Shown here piece by piece: positions 28,489-37,914 of a stretch of DNA of 64,000 nt. Each line of letters opens with the position of its first letter. Position 1 is the stretch's first letter. The position numbers were made by a program, and so were the translations under genes. Under the pieces are notes generated by a model. The model saw only the letters and a list, made by a program, of their open reading frames with translations. It ran no database searches and was not told the DNA's origin. This DNA comes from an uncultured Solirubrobacteraceae bacterium (GTDB taxonomy: Bacteria > Actinomycetota > Thermoleophilia > Solirubrobacterales > Solirubrobacteraceae): assembly GCA_963742805.1 (NCBI GenBank), contig CAVUNG010000001.1:632841-696840 (forward strand), written 5' to 3'.

Positions 28489-28543
28489 CCCTCAACCACA
28501 AGAGCCGCCCTCGGGCGGCTCTCGCTCTCGGCCGGCCTGCGGC
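28489..28543. repeat. ~55-bp direct repeat copy 1, containing a terminator-like hairpin
   Basis: CCCTCAACCACAAGAGCCGCCC..GGGCGGCTCTCGCTCTC.. recurs at 29887-29942. Confidence 0.85.
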
Positions 28544-28551
28544 AAACCCTC

Positions 28552-28761
28552 TCAGGTCTCGTCCGTGACCGGCGGCGCGCCGCTTGCCGGCGAATCTTGA
28601 TCGGCCGCCACGGGCAGCTCGGTCTCGTCGCCGAGCCGGGTGTCGGCCGCGGCATCCTTGCGCGCGTCCTTGCGCGCCTGCTTCTCGGCGCGCCGCTCGC
28701 GAAGCTTGTGTTCACGAGCGAGCTTGGCCATCGTCGTTCGCTTCTTGCTGCTCGAGGCCAT
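28552..28761 (-). CDS. Small basic protein downstream of cspA
   Basis: MASSSKKRTTMAKLAREHKLRERRAEK; AAGGGA upstream. Confidence 0.7.
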   Translation of the reverse strand: MASSSKKRTTMAKLAREHKLRERRAEKQARKDARKDAAADTRLGDETELPVAADQDSPASGAPPVTDET

Positions 28762-28844
28762 CTGTCGATCCCTTCAGTTGCTCGCGCGGGGACGGAACGA
28801 CCCGGGGCCGTCCCGCCCTCCGCGGCGTCGAGCCCTAGCCGCGT

Positions 28845-29048
28845 TTAGACGACTTGGACGTTGGCGGCCTTGGGTCCCTTGTCGCCCGGTTCGGCGTCAT
28901 AGGTGACCTTGGCGCCTTCCGGTAGCGAGCGGTAGCCCTCACCGAGGATCGCTGAGTGATGAACGAAGAGGTCCTTCGACTGGTCGTCGGGTGTGATGAA
29001 CCCGAAGCCCTTGTCGTCGCTGAACCACTTCACGGTTCCGGTAGCCAT
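28845..29048 (-). CDS. cspA: Cold-shock protein
   Basis: [27 protein letters not shown] (RNP1/RNP2); GGAGG RBS. Confidence 0.97.
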   Translation of the reverse strand: MATGTVKWFSDDKGFGFITPDDQSKDLFVHHSAILGEGYRSLPEGAKVTYDAEPGDKGPKAANVQVV

Positions 29049-29158
29049 GATTTCCTCCGGCGTCGATCGTGCTCCGGACGCGGGAATTGCTGACGCAAAG
29101 GCTACGAACTCGGGCACACGGTTGCTGGGCGAGTGCCCAGCCTGATGGGAAGACGGTA
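29049..29158 (-). promoter_or_regulatory. cspA -10 box (TACCGT) and ~100-nt structured 5' leader
   Basis: -10 at 29153-29158; hairpin GCTGGGC-ACTC-GCCCAGC plus a competing downstream GTGCCCGAGT. Confidence 0.55.
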
Positions 29159-29386
29159 GCGTTTTCCGCCGGTGGAAGGCGCCCAACCCCCCCACGCCGG
29201 CCCCTGCTCCGTGCCGTCTCGGGCGCGCGTGGGCCGGGCGCGGTACCCTGGTAGGCGACTCATCTATGCGGCTACGCAGCCCCCGCAGGCGTACGCCTGC
29301 GGAGAGGGGTGACCTTCGAGCGTGTGCTCGCCGAAACCGGCGCCGGGGCAGGGCCAGCTCCTACGCACTAGCGCAAGGAGATGCGC

Positions 29387-29557
29387 GTGCCCACTTCCCA
29401 GCAGCTGCGACGGCAGGAGCAGCACGAGCAGAAGCTGCGCCAGATCCAGGACCAGGTCGCCAACGGCAAGCTGGTGATCCGCCAGATGACCTCGGATGAG
29501 CGCAAGCGTTTCCCGCCGAAGGCGACGGCGCCGAACGCCCGCGGGAAGCGACGCTGA
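29387..29557 (+). CDS. Small basic protein (56 aa), absent from the ORF track
   Basis: AAGGAG RBS 6 nt before GTG; MPTSQQLRRQEQHEQKLRQIQDQVANGKLVIRQMTSDERKRFPP..; TGATG overlap with next gene. Confidence 0.75.
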   Translation: MPTSQQLRRQEQHEQKLRQIQDQVANGKLVIRQMTSDERKRFPPKATAPNARGKRR

Positions 29558-29883
29558 TGGCCGCCTTCTTCATCCCGTCGCTCGAGGGCACGGGGCCGGC
29601 GACCGAGCGCACCTATCGCGAGCTGCGCGACCAGGCCGAGGCATGCATCGGTTCCGTGTCGCGCGAGCGGCGCATCGAAGGCGTCCTGTGCCGGCGCAGC
29701 GGACGGGACTGCGAGCTGCGCGTGGGCGAGCTCGACGCGGGCAACGGACAGACCGTGACGGCGATCATCCAACTCGGGCGCAGCACCTACACCGTGCACC
29801 ACCTCAGCGCCGGCCAGGAGCAAACGCCCGACCCGCTCGTGCTGCACCAGTCCGAGGTGTACGCGGTCACCGAGTTCCAGTAG
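29557..29883 (+). CDS. Hypothetical protein
   Basis: Translationally coupled to upstream small ORF; followed by hairpin. Confidence 0.7.
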   Translation: MAAFFIPSLEGTGPATERTYRELRDQAEACIGSVSRERRIEGVLCRRSGRDCELRVGELDAGNGQTVTAIIQLGRSTYTVHHLSAGQEQTPDPLVLHQSEVYAVTEFQ

Positions 29884-29886
29884 CCG

Positions 29887-29942
29887 CCCTCAACCACGAG
29901 AGCCGCCCGTGGGGCGGCTCTCGCTCTCAGTCGGCCTCCGGC
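29887..29942. repeat. ~55-bp direct repeat copy 2, hairpin GAGAGCCGCCC/GGGCGGCTCTC
   Basis: Near-identical to 28489-28543; lies just outside the tRNA-derived att copy. Confidence 0.85.
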
Positions 29943-29973
29943 GGGGCGCTTTCACGTCTCCCCTTCGGTCGGC

Positions 29974-29996
29974 CTCGATAGCGGGGGCGGGATTCG
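29974..29996 (-). repeat. att-like duplication of the tRNA-Met 3' end (23 bp)
   Basis: CTCGATAGCGGGGGCGGGATTCG identical to 43026-43048. Confidence 0.92.
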
Positions 29997-30106
29997 TCTC
30001 TCCGAGCGACTTTTACGTCGTCGAGCGTTACCCGGTCTAGCGAGCGATCCGCCGAGCTTGGCGCTCGGTGGTCGAATCCGCTTCGCGACGTTCGACTCCG
30101 CTTCGT

Positions 30107-30931
30107 CTAGGACCGGAGGAAGGCCAGCAGCTCGGCGTTGACCGTCGGGGCCTCGGTGGTCGGCATCCCGTGCGGGAAGTCCTTGTAGGTCTTCAATGTC
30201 CCGTTTGGCAACAGCGCAGCCGACTTCGGCCCCGCTGCCACGTAGGGAACGATCTGGTCGGCTTCTGAGTGGATCACCAGCACCGGCACCTGGATCTTCT
30301 TCAGGTCCTCCGTGAAGTCCGTCTGCGAGAAGGCGACGATGCCGTCGTAGCCGGCTTTGGCGCCGCCCATCATGCCCTGCCGCCACCAGTTTTCGATCAC
30401 TGGGTTGGAGGACTTCTCGGGCGCCTTGTTGTAGCCGTAGAACGGGCCCGACGCGATCGCCCAGTAGAACTCCGAGCGGCTCGCAGCCAATTCGGCCTGG
30501 AAGTCGTCAAAGACCTTTTTCGGGAGACCCTCGGGGTTGGCGTCGGTCTGCACCATCAGCGGCGGCACGGCGGAGATCAGCGCCGCCTTCGACACGCGCT
30601 CTTCGCCGTGGCGGGCGATGTAGTGCGTGACCTCCCCGCCGCCCGTGCTGTGGCCGATGTGGATCGCGTCGCGCAGGTCGAGGTGCTCGACGACCGCCAG
30701 CAGGTCGTCGGCGTAGTGGTCCATGTCGTGACCGTCGCCGACCTGGGTCGAGCGGCCATGGCCACGCCGATCGTGGGCTACGACGCGATAGCCCTGGTCG
30801 AGGAAGAACAGCAACTGGGCATCCCAGTCGTCTGCCGAGAGCGGCCAGCCGTGGCTGAAGACGATCGGCTGGCCCGAGCCCCAGTCCTTGTAGAAGATCT
30901 CAATGCCGTCTTTGGTGGTGACGTAAGGCAT
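30107..30931 (-). CDS. cpo: Non-heme chloroperoxidase/perhydrolase
   Basis: [36 protein letters not shown]. Confidence 0.92.
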   Translation of the reverse strand: MPYVTTKDGIEIFYKDWGSGQPIVFSHGWPLSADDWDAQLLFFLDQGYRVVAHDRRGHGRSTQVGDGHDMDHYADDLLAVVEHLDLRDAIHIGHSTGGGEVTHYIARHGEERVSKAALISAVPPLMVQTDANPEGLPKKVFDDFQAELAASRSEFYWAIASGPFYGYNKAPEKSSNPVIENWWRQGMMGGAKAGYDGIVAFSQTDFTEDLKKIQVPVLVIHSEADQIVPYVAAGPKSAALLPNGTLKTYKDFPHGMPTTEAPTVNAELLAFLRS

Positions 30932-31119
30932 GGCGATGCTCCCATCGGTCGAATCGTCCGCTCGTAGCGGCTACGTCGAACGTATCGCGGCTCGCAACCG
31001 TCCGGTGGTGAGCTGGTGAACTCTGATCAAACGAAACGAGCTCGGTCCGGGCGACAGACCGGTCTGGCCTCCCGGTCGCGCGGCGCCGCGCCGCTAACGT
31101 CCTCCGAGCCGATCTGCGC

Positions 31120-31842
31120 TTACGCGACTGCGGCCAGCGCTTCGAGGATCACGTCGGTGACCGGCTTCGGCTCGGAGATCATGACCACATGAGACGCCTC
31201 GAGCTCGGTGATCGTCGCGCCGGCCCGGTCCGCCATCGACCGGACGATGTCGGCGCCGGCCGCGGTGTCAGACGACGCGACGACCGCCCACGAGGGCAGG
31301 CGCTTCCACGCCGGCGGCCCCGACGGCTCGGAAAACGCCGCTTCCGCGACGGGCCGCTGCGTTGCCGCCATCACCGCGGCCTGCTCGGCGGGCAGGTCGG
31401 CCGCGAATGCGTCGCGGAACTTCGCGGGATCGATCGCGAGCTCGACCGCCGGCTCGCCGCCGTCGGGTGACTGGTAGTGAAGGGGTATGAGGGCGCTGTC
31501 AAGGACGCTGTCCTTGGAGCCAGCGGTGATCTGGCCGAGAACCTCGCGCTCGTCCGGCGCAAAGGCGGCAACGTAGACGAGTCCGACGACGTTCTTCGCG
31601 TTGGTTGCCGCGTTGGTGATCGTCGCGCCGCCGTAGGAGTGTCCGACAGCAAGCACGGGACCCGGAGTCTCAGCGAGCACGCCGGCGATGTAGGCGGAGT
31701 CGATCACGATGCCGCGCAGGGGCTTCGCGGGGGCCATGACCTCGACGCCCTCGGCCTGCAGCAACTCGACAACGCCGTTCCAGCTCGAGGCGTCAGCAAA
31801 CGCGCCGTGCACCAGAACGACGGTCGGGGTGTCCTCAGACAT
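31120..31842 (-). CDS. Alpha/beta fold hydrolase
   Basis: VLVHGAFADASSW, GHSYGG, ASHVVMISEP; AAGGAG RBS. Confidence 0.9.
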   Translation of the reverse strand: MSEDTPTVVLVHGAFADASSWNGVVELLQAEGVEVMAPAKPLRGIVIDSAYIAGVLAETPGPVLAVGHSYGGATITNAATNAKNVVGLVYVAAFAPDEREVLGQITAGSKDSVLDSALIPLHYQSPDGGEPAVELAIDPAKFRDAFAADLPAEQAAVMAATQRPVAEAAFSEPSGPPAWKRLPSWAVVASSDTAAGADIVRSMADRAGATITELEASHVVMISEPKPVTDVILEALAAVA

Positions 31843-32028
31843 ACCCACTCCTTTCTGCCTTCGGGAAGAGGGACCACACCGACGTCACGCTGCGACACCG
31901 GCGCGGCCTCGTGGTTCCCGAGATGCACCCCGAGTCGACCGAGCACGCACCAGGGTGCCCACACCCGCGATCATGGCCCCAGTCGGACGAGCCTCATACT
32001 CGCAGATCCACTTTTCACGGAGGTTGAG

Positions 32029-32367
32029 ATGACCACGCCGCAAGTGCCGGGCCTCACGCGCACCGACCTCCAGCGCTCCGACCTCAGCATTCCCGGAAGG
32101 GAGCTGATCCAGAGCCGCGTTGGCATTGCTCCGGACGCTCCGACGATCCGACACAAGCACCCGGGCGAGGAGATCATCTACGTCCTGGAAGGGACGTTGG
32201 AGTACTCGATCGACGGCCGCCAGCCCGCCACCTTCAACGCCGGAGAGGCCCTGCTCGTCCCGCCTGACACGGTCCACTCCGTGCGGAACGTCGGCGGCGG
32301 GAAGGCGGCAGAGCTCGCCACCTACATCGTCGAGAAGGGCAAGCCGTTCCTCGTACTCGTCGACTGA
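32029..32367 (+). CDS. Cupin domain protein
   Basis: HKHPGEEIIYVLEG...PPDTVHSVRN; GGAGG RBS. Confidence 0.9.
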   Translation: MTTPQVPGLTRTDLQRSDLSIPGRELIQSRVGIAPDAPTIRHKHPGEEIIYVLEGTLEYSIDGRQPATFNAGEALLVPPDTVHSVRNVGGGKAAELATYIVEKGKPFLVLVD

Positions 32368-32703
32368 GCGGCGCCAGCCGCCGAGGGCTCAGCGCAAGCT
32401 CGCGCGACACCCACGACGACGGCGGAAGGCTCCCTCGGAAGCGCGGCAACAACCGCGTCGGCAACATCGAGCGCGAGTAGGGCGTCGACTCCGACGTCCG
32501 CGACGACATGCACTTGCAGACGGTCAGAGACAGGATCTCGGAGCCGGCGCGAACCAACGTCTGCTCGCGCCGCCGGTCGACGGCGCGAGCGCTAATTAGA
32601 CCGACGTCGATGGCGGCCGACCGCTCCCCTCAGCCGCTGTCGGCCGGCTGCACCCGGGCCGGCGGGGCGGATGAATGGCTCATTAGGCCCGGCGGATCGT
32701 GGG

Positions 32704-33303
32704 TTATTTGGCTTTGACCGAGTGGCTTCCAGTCGCGGCAGTCAGCTTGAAGCTTCCTGTGAGAGAGAGGTGGCTTCCCGGCGAGGCCTCGCTTTCGAGT
32801 TCGCCGGAGCCTGCGTCGAACTTCAGGGCGCCGCCGTTGGTGACGGCTGGCGTGAGCGTCCCGGTGAAGTCCTCTCCGAATTTGGTGTCTGCGCAATGAA
32901 TTTCGATTTCTATGCGTTCGATTTCGTCTCTGATCGGGGCACCAGCGTCGAGGTATCCGTCCCAGCTGCCGTTGGGTGACCTTGTGAGGACTTCGACCTT
33001 GGACTGACTCGGGCACGGATAGGTCGGCTTGGGCATCGTGCAAGCGGTGATCGCAAGCGGGTCGAGCTGGCTGTATCCCTGTTGCTGGAGCGTGCCGTTG
33101 TGAATGCTTGCTTTGCAGCGCATCGAGTAGGTGGCTCCTCGATGGAGCTGGATCGTGCCGCTCCCCGTGACGTGGAGGAATCCGGAGATGACTGGTTCTC
33201 TTCCGTGGTACCACATGGGACTGCTCGCCTGAGCCGCGGCGGGCGTGAGCGCGACTGTGGCGCCGGCGAGCAGTGAGATTAGGCTGATCACGATCTTCTT
33301 CAT
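32704..33303 (-). CDS. Secreted 4-Cys hypothetical protein (paralog of 38070-38672)
   Basis: GGAGG RBS; Sec signal ending AQA; WY, CP, G(T/S)L.PAV motifs shared with paralog. Confidence 0.8.
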   Translation of the reverse strand: MKKIVISLISLLAGATVALTPAAAQASSPMWYHGREPVISGFLHVTGSGTIQLHRGATYSMRCKASIHNGTLQQQGYSQLDPLAITACTMPKPTYPCPSQSKVEVLTRSPNGSWDGYLDAGAPIRDEIERIEIEIHCADTKFGEDFTGTLTPAVTNGGALKFDAGSGELESEASPGSHLSLTGSFKLTAATGSHSVKAK

Positions 33304-33652
33304 GGTTCGCACGGTTCCTCCGTCGGTTGAATGTCGGGCCGAGGGCTGTCGGCGTGTCGTCGTCACAGGTTCCCTGTGTCGGTGTCGTGCGACCATGCAG
33401 GGGGCCATAGGCCCGAGGTAGTGTCGGCCCGAGATCGCCGCTGTGAGGTCCGGTGATCGCAGCGCGTCCTTCTGCATCGTCTTTGAGTGCGCCCGAGCGT
33501 GGACGCCACGGAGGACTCTCGACGCTCCCGGGCAGCCGATCCACCTGGCGGGCCCTATTGACGGGGTCGGGCCAGCCCGAGACCTTCGGCTCGACTATCG
33601 TGCAGAGCATGCTGGCCCCCCGGCGATCGGGGTGCAGGCCGATGGAGGCGTG

Positions 33653-34495
33653 GTGTTGGAATACGCGAGGGACGTGTTGGTCAATGGCGAGTGGCTTCAG
33701 GAGCATCTCGGCGATGCCCGTGTCAGGATCGTCGAGGTCGATGAGAACCCCACGCTCTATGCCGAAGCGCACATACCTGGGGCGATCGGGTTTGACTGGC
33801 AGAAGGACTTGCAGGACCCACTGCGACGGGACTTTCTCGGGCCCGCGGCCTTCGCCGAGCTGCTTGGCGGCCGTGGGATCGGCGACGAGCACACGGTCGT
33901 GTTGTATGGCGATCGCAGTAACTGGTTCGCGGCTTACACCTACTGGTATCTGAAGTACTACGGGCATTCGGACGTGAAGCTGCTCAACGGCCCGAGGGAG
34001 AAGTGGATCGCGGACGGGCGGCCCACGACGACCGAGATTCCCGCGTTCCCGCGCCGGCCGTTCGCGGCGAGCACCGGCGACGAGCGGATCCGGGCCCGCC
34101 ATGCCGAGGTGCTGGCGGCGCTTGGCTCTCATACGAGGCTCGTCGACGTGCGCTCGCCGGCCGAGTTCGCCGGCGAGATCATCTCGCCGGCGGGCTATGA
34201 GCAGGAGGGGGCGCAGCGCGCCGGGCACATCCCGGGTGCGGCGTCGGTCCCCTGGGCTCAGGCGGTGCGCGAGGATGGAACCTTCAAGTCGCGTGAGGAT
34301 CTCGAGCAGTTGTATCGAGGCAACGGCATCGGCGACGACGACGAGGTCATCACTTACTGCCGGATCGGTGAGCGCTCGGCCCACAGCTGGTTCGTCCTCC
34401 ACGAGCTCCTTGGCTTCGACCAGGTCCGCAACTACGACGGCTCCTGGACTGAGTGGGGCAGCATCGTCGGAGTGCCGATCGAAGTGAGCAGCTGA
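33653..34495 (+). CDS. Thiosulfate sulfurtransferase (tandem rhodanese, CysA/SseA family)
   Basis: HIPGA, NWFAAYTYW, DVRS..EF, YCRIGERS, YDGSWTEW. Confidence 0.93.
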   Translation: MLEYARDVLVNGEWLQEHLGDARVRIVEVDENPTLYAEAHIPGAIGFDWQKDLQDPLRRDFLGPAAFAELLGGRGIGDEHTVVLYGDRSNWFAAYTYWYLKYYGHSDVKLLNGPREKWIADGRPTTTEIPAFPRRPFAASTGDERIRARHAEVLAALGSHTRLVDVRSPAEFAGEIISPAGYEQEGAQRAGHIPGAASVPWAQAVREDGTFKSREDLEQLYRGNGIGDDDEVITYCRIGERSAHSWFVLHELLGFDQVRNYDGSWTEWGSIVGVPIEVSS

Positions 34496-34503
34496 CAGCA
34501 GCG

Positions 34504-34535
34504 GGGCGGCGCCCCGGTGATCCCGGGCGCCGCCC
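34504..34535. terminator. GC-rich hairpin between convergent genes
   Basis: GGGCGGCGCCC...GGGCGCCGCCC 11-bp stem. Confidence 0.6.
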
Positions 34536-34573
34536 GCCCTGCCGCCACGTCCAGCGCAGTCGGAGGACTCCCG

Positions 34574-35149
34574 TCAGCCGGCGCTGAACCCGGTGTAGCC
34601 GGCGAAGCAGTCGTGTGCCTGACTGCCGTGACCCGCGCGCCAGTTGACGCCGTCGTTGTAGAAGACGTCTGCCTCTTCGCCGTCTGAGGCGATCTCCGTC
34701 GAGCTGCTCGCGCTGCCGACCTGGGCGAAGTCGCCGCCCTTCAGTTCGTTTTCCTTGCTGCTGTCGAGGGCGTCGCTGTCTTCGTGGATCGTCACTTGGT
34801 TGCCCCCGGCCGTCGGGCCGGTGCCGTCGAGGTCGGCGGTCGTGTTGGCGGTCACGTCGAACGAGACGACGTTCTGGCCCGAGGGGTCCTTCATGCAGGT
34901 CGCCGTGAACGTGAAGTGCCCGTTCTGGCCCAGCGTCATCGTGTGCCCGGCTGCGAGGAAACGCTCGCCATGCGAGGAGATGACGTGCTTGGAGGACAGG
35001 TAGTACGCCGGCGATTGCCCACCCAGGTGCTGGGCGTTATTGGCGTTTGCCACGAAGCTCGCGGCATAGCCGGTCCCGCCCAGGACGATGAACAGCGCAC
35101 AGGCGCTGACGGCGAACGAGGGACTGACGAGTGGAAAGCGGATCTTCAT
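34574..35149 (-). CDS. Secreted hypothetical protein
   Basis: AAGGAG RBS; leader SPSFAVSACALFIVLGGTGYAA; beta-rich mature part. Confidence 0.75.
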   Translation of the reverse strand: MKIRFPLVSPSFAVSACALFIVLGGTGYAASFVANANNAQHLGGQSPAYYLSSKHVISSHGERFLAAGHTMTLGQNGHFTFTATCMKDPSGQNVVSFDVTANTTADLDGTGPTAGGNQVTIHEDSDALDSSKENELKGGDFAQVGSASSSTEIASDGEEADVFYNDGVNWRAGHGSQAHDCFAGYTGFSAG

Positions 35150-35348
35150 CTTGACTCCTTGGTTCGAAAAGGGAATGGCACAAGCGTCCCGGCTCGCGCC
35201 GAAGCTGGCGATGGGGGCGGGCGGAGGCGACACCTAGCGCCGACCGGAGACGGTTCCTAGGGCAAACCCCCGGGGTTAGGTGCGGCAGAGCGTTCCGGGC
35301 GAGTTAGATGCTGGCTAACATCGGCGGGCAAGCTCCCAGGGGGTTTCG

Positions 35349-36857
35349 TTGCAGGCGCGAGAGTCGAGCGACTTTGCGGGTTGGGCGCTGGACGCCCAAG
35401 GGTTCCTCGCGTCCATCCTTCAGTGCGTCGCCCAGCCGGTCTGGGTGGTCGACCACGGCGGCCTGATCGTGTTTGCCAACCCCGTCGCGATATCGACGCT
35501 GGGATACGACAGCCTGGAGGAACTGCTCGGGCGCAGCAGCCATGAAACGATCCACTACAGCCATCCCGATGGGAGGCCGTTCCCAGCCAGCGAGTGCCCC
35601 ATGTTGAGGCCGCGGACCACCGGTGAGACCGTGCGCTCCGACGAAGACTGGTTCTTTCGCAAGGACGGGACGATGTTCGCGGTCAGCTACGTGTCGGCGC
35701 CGATCGAGACGCCCTCCGGGCTCGGGGCGGTGGTGGCATTCACCGACATCGGCGAGCGTGTGCAGGTCGAGCAGGCGCGGCGCGAGAGCCAGGTGATGGA
35801 GGCAAGGAACGCCGAGCTGCGAGCAAGCGAGCTGCGTTACCGAGCGATTCTTGAGGCCGCGTTTGACGCGATCGTCAGCATCGACGGGCAGACACGCGTG
35901 ACCTATATGAACCGGGCCGCTCTGCACACCTTCGGCTACTCACTCGAGGAGGTTCTGGGGCAGGACCTGGTGCCGCTGATCGTTCCCCCTCGCCTGCAGG
36001 AGCGTTACCGCTCCTGGTGGCTTGACCGACAGCGAGAAGACCAGGAAGTGCTGGCCCGAGCGAACGAAGCGTGGGCGATGAGCTCCGACGGGCGGGAGTT
36101 CAAAATCGAATTCGCTGTCGCGCGAATGACCACCCCGGGGGCGATCGGCTACACGACCTACTACCGCGATCTGACCGACCGTGTCCGCACCGAGTGGGAG
36201 TTGCGCCAGGCCCGGCGCCGCGTGATCGAGGCGGCTGACCAGGAGCGCCGCCGGATCGCCCGCGACCTGCACGACGGCGCTCAGCAGCAGCTCGTTGGCG
36301 TCGCGTTCAACCTGGAGCTCGCGGCACAGCAGCTCAGCGGCGATCCTGCACGCGCGAGGGAGTCGATCGAGCTCGCCCGCGACGAGGCCAGAGCCGGCAC
36401 GGCCGCGCTCCGAGAGCTCGTGGCCGGTATCCATCCGGCGATCCTCACCAATCGCGGGCTCGCGGCCGCCGTGACCTCGCTCACCGCCAGGATGCCGCTG
36501 CCAGTCCGACTGGACGAGCTTCACGAGCCAAGGCTCGACAGCCGCGTCGAGGCGGGCGCCTACTTCGTGATCTGCGAGGCGCTCACGAACGTCGTCAAGC
36601 ACGCGAACGCCTCCGAGGCGATCGTCCGCACCCTCGTCGCCGACGGACAGCTGTTGGTGACCGTGACCGACGACGGCGACGGCGGCGCCGACGCCGCCAG
36701 GGGCACCGGCCTCACCGGTCTCAGCGATCGCGTCGCGGCGCTCAACGGGGCGCTGCAGATAGCGAGCCCTCCCGGCAAGGGCACCACCCTGAGCTGCAGG
36801 ATCCCGCTCGCCCAGCGGCCCGACCCCCCTTCCGGGAAGGTCGCGATAGACGCTTGA
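35349..36857 (+). CDS. Cytoplasmic PAS-PAS histidine kinase (HisKA_3)
   Basis: Two PAS domains; ERRRIARDLHDGAQQ, EALTNVVKHA, DDG.GG, GTGL. Confidence 0.92.
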   Translation: MQARESSDFAGWALDAQGFLASILQCVAQPVWVVDHGGLIVFANPVAISTLGYDSLEELLGRSSHETIHYSHPDGRPFPASECPMLRPRTTGETVRSDEDWFFRKDGTMFAVSYVSAPIETPSGLGAVVAFTDIGERVQVEQARRESQVMEARNAELRASELRYRAILEAAFDAIVSIDGQTRVTYMNRAALHTFGYSLEEVLGQDLVPLIVPPRLQERYRSWWLDRQREDQEVLARANEAWAMSSDGREFKIEFAVARMTTPGAIGYTTYYRDLTDRVRTEWELRQARRRVIEAADQERRRIARDLHDGAQQQLVGVAFNLELAAQQLSGDPARARESIELARDEARAGTAALRELVAGIHPAILTNRGLAAAVTSLTARMPLPVRLDELHEPRLDSRVEAGAYFVICEALTNVVKHANASEAIVRTLVADGQLLVTVTDDGDGGADAARGTGLTGLSDRVAALNGALQIASPPGKGTTLSCRIPLAQRPDPPSGKVAIDA

Positions 36858-36872
36858 GCAGGTCGCTCGCGT

Positions 36873-37535
36873 TCAGGACTCCTGCAGCATGGTGAGCACG
36901 GCGAGCACGCGACGATGGTCGGTCGGCTCGCCCCTGAGGTTGAGCTTGGAGAAGATGCTGGTGACGTGCTTCTCGACGGCGGCGACCGTGACTACGAGCT
37001 CCTCTGCGATCCCCTGGTTGGATCTGCCCTGTGCCATCAGCTCGAGCACCTCCCGCTCGCGGGGGGTCAGCTCGTCGATGGGGCTCTGTGACCGGCGCCT
37101 GCCAACCATGCGTGCCACGACCTCGGGATCGAGCGCCGAGCCACCTGCTGCGACACGGCGCAGCGCGTCGATGAACGCCGGAAGATCGCTGACGCGATCC
37201 TTCAGCAGGTAGCCGACTCCCTCTGCGCTGTCCCCGACCAGGTCAAGCGCGTAACGCTCCTCAAGGAACTGCGAAAGCACCAGAACCCCGATGCCCTCCC
37301 CCAGTTCCCGCACCTCCACCGCGGCGCGGATACCGTCGTCAGTGAGCTCTGGCGGCATCTGCACGTCGACGATCACGACGTCTGGATGATGGGCCTTCGT
37401 CTTGCGCAGGAAGTCCTGAGCGTCAGCGGCCTGGGCGACCACCTCGAAACCTTCGCCCTCCAGCAGCCGCGCCAGCCCTTCACGCAGCAGCGCCTGATCC
37501 TCGCCGATCACTACCCTCAGCGGTTCTACGGTCAC
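36873..37535 (-). CDS. NarL/LuxR family response regulator
   Basis: GEDQALLREGL, DVQMPP, GYLLKDRV, LTPREREVL. Confidence 0.93.
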   Translation of the reverse strand: MTVEPLRVVIGEDQALLREGLARLLEGEGFEVVAQAADAQDFLRKTKAHHPDVVIVDVQMPPELTDDGIRAAVEVRELGEGIGVLVLSQFLEERYALDLVGDSAEGVGYLLKDRVSDLPAFIDALRRVAAGGSALDPEVVARMVGRRRSQSPIDELTPREREVLELMAQGRSNQGIAEELVVTVAAVEKHVTSIFSKLNLRGEPTDHRRVLAVLTMLQES

Positions 37536-37542
37536 GATCGCC

Positions 37543-37914
37543 TCAGCGCTCCGCCTCGGAGGCAACACCGAACAGCTCGTCGAGGTCGCTGACGGGCAGC
37601 CGCTCCTTGGCCACAAACCCGATCGCACCGCAGTCGGCGAGCCCCGCCTCGCTCACGTCCTCGTCGGCGGAGGTCAGCAGCACCAGCGGCGGGACGCGCA
37701 TCGCAGCGAGCCGACGGGCCACCTCCAGGCCGCTCATGTCCGGAAGGTTCACGTCCAAGAGCACCGCGTCCGGGCGCAAGGACTGAGTGAGACGGAGCGC
37801 CCCCGCACCATCAGAGGCCTGGCCGGCGACCTCGAAGCCACGCAACCGCAGCAGCCGCCCGGCGATCATGCGGAACTCGCTTTCGTCATCTACGATCAGG
37901 ACAGATATTGCCAT
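37543..37914 (-). CDS. Single-domain response regulator
   Basis: VLIVDDE, LLDVNLPD, LTS, GFVAK. Confidence 0.9.
   Translation of the reverse strand: MAISVLIVDDESEFRMIAGRLLRLRGFEVAGQASDGAGALRLTQSLRPDAVLLDVNLPDMSGLEVARRLAAMRVPPLVLLTSADEDVSEAGLADCGAIGFVAKERLPVSDLDELFGVASEAER

Noticed and set aside
29075-29170. GACGCAAAG...GGTAGC resembling a c-di-GMP-I riboswitch on the + strand
   Set aside because: The GGCAAA/GAAA P2 elements are missing; the segment is better explained as the cspA promoter and leader on the - strand.
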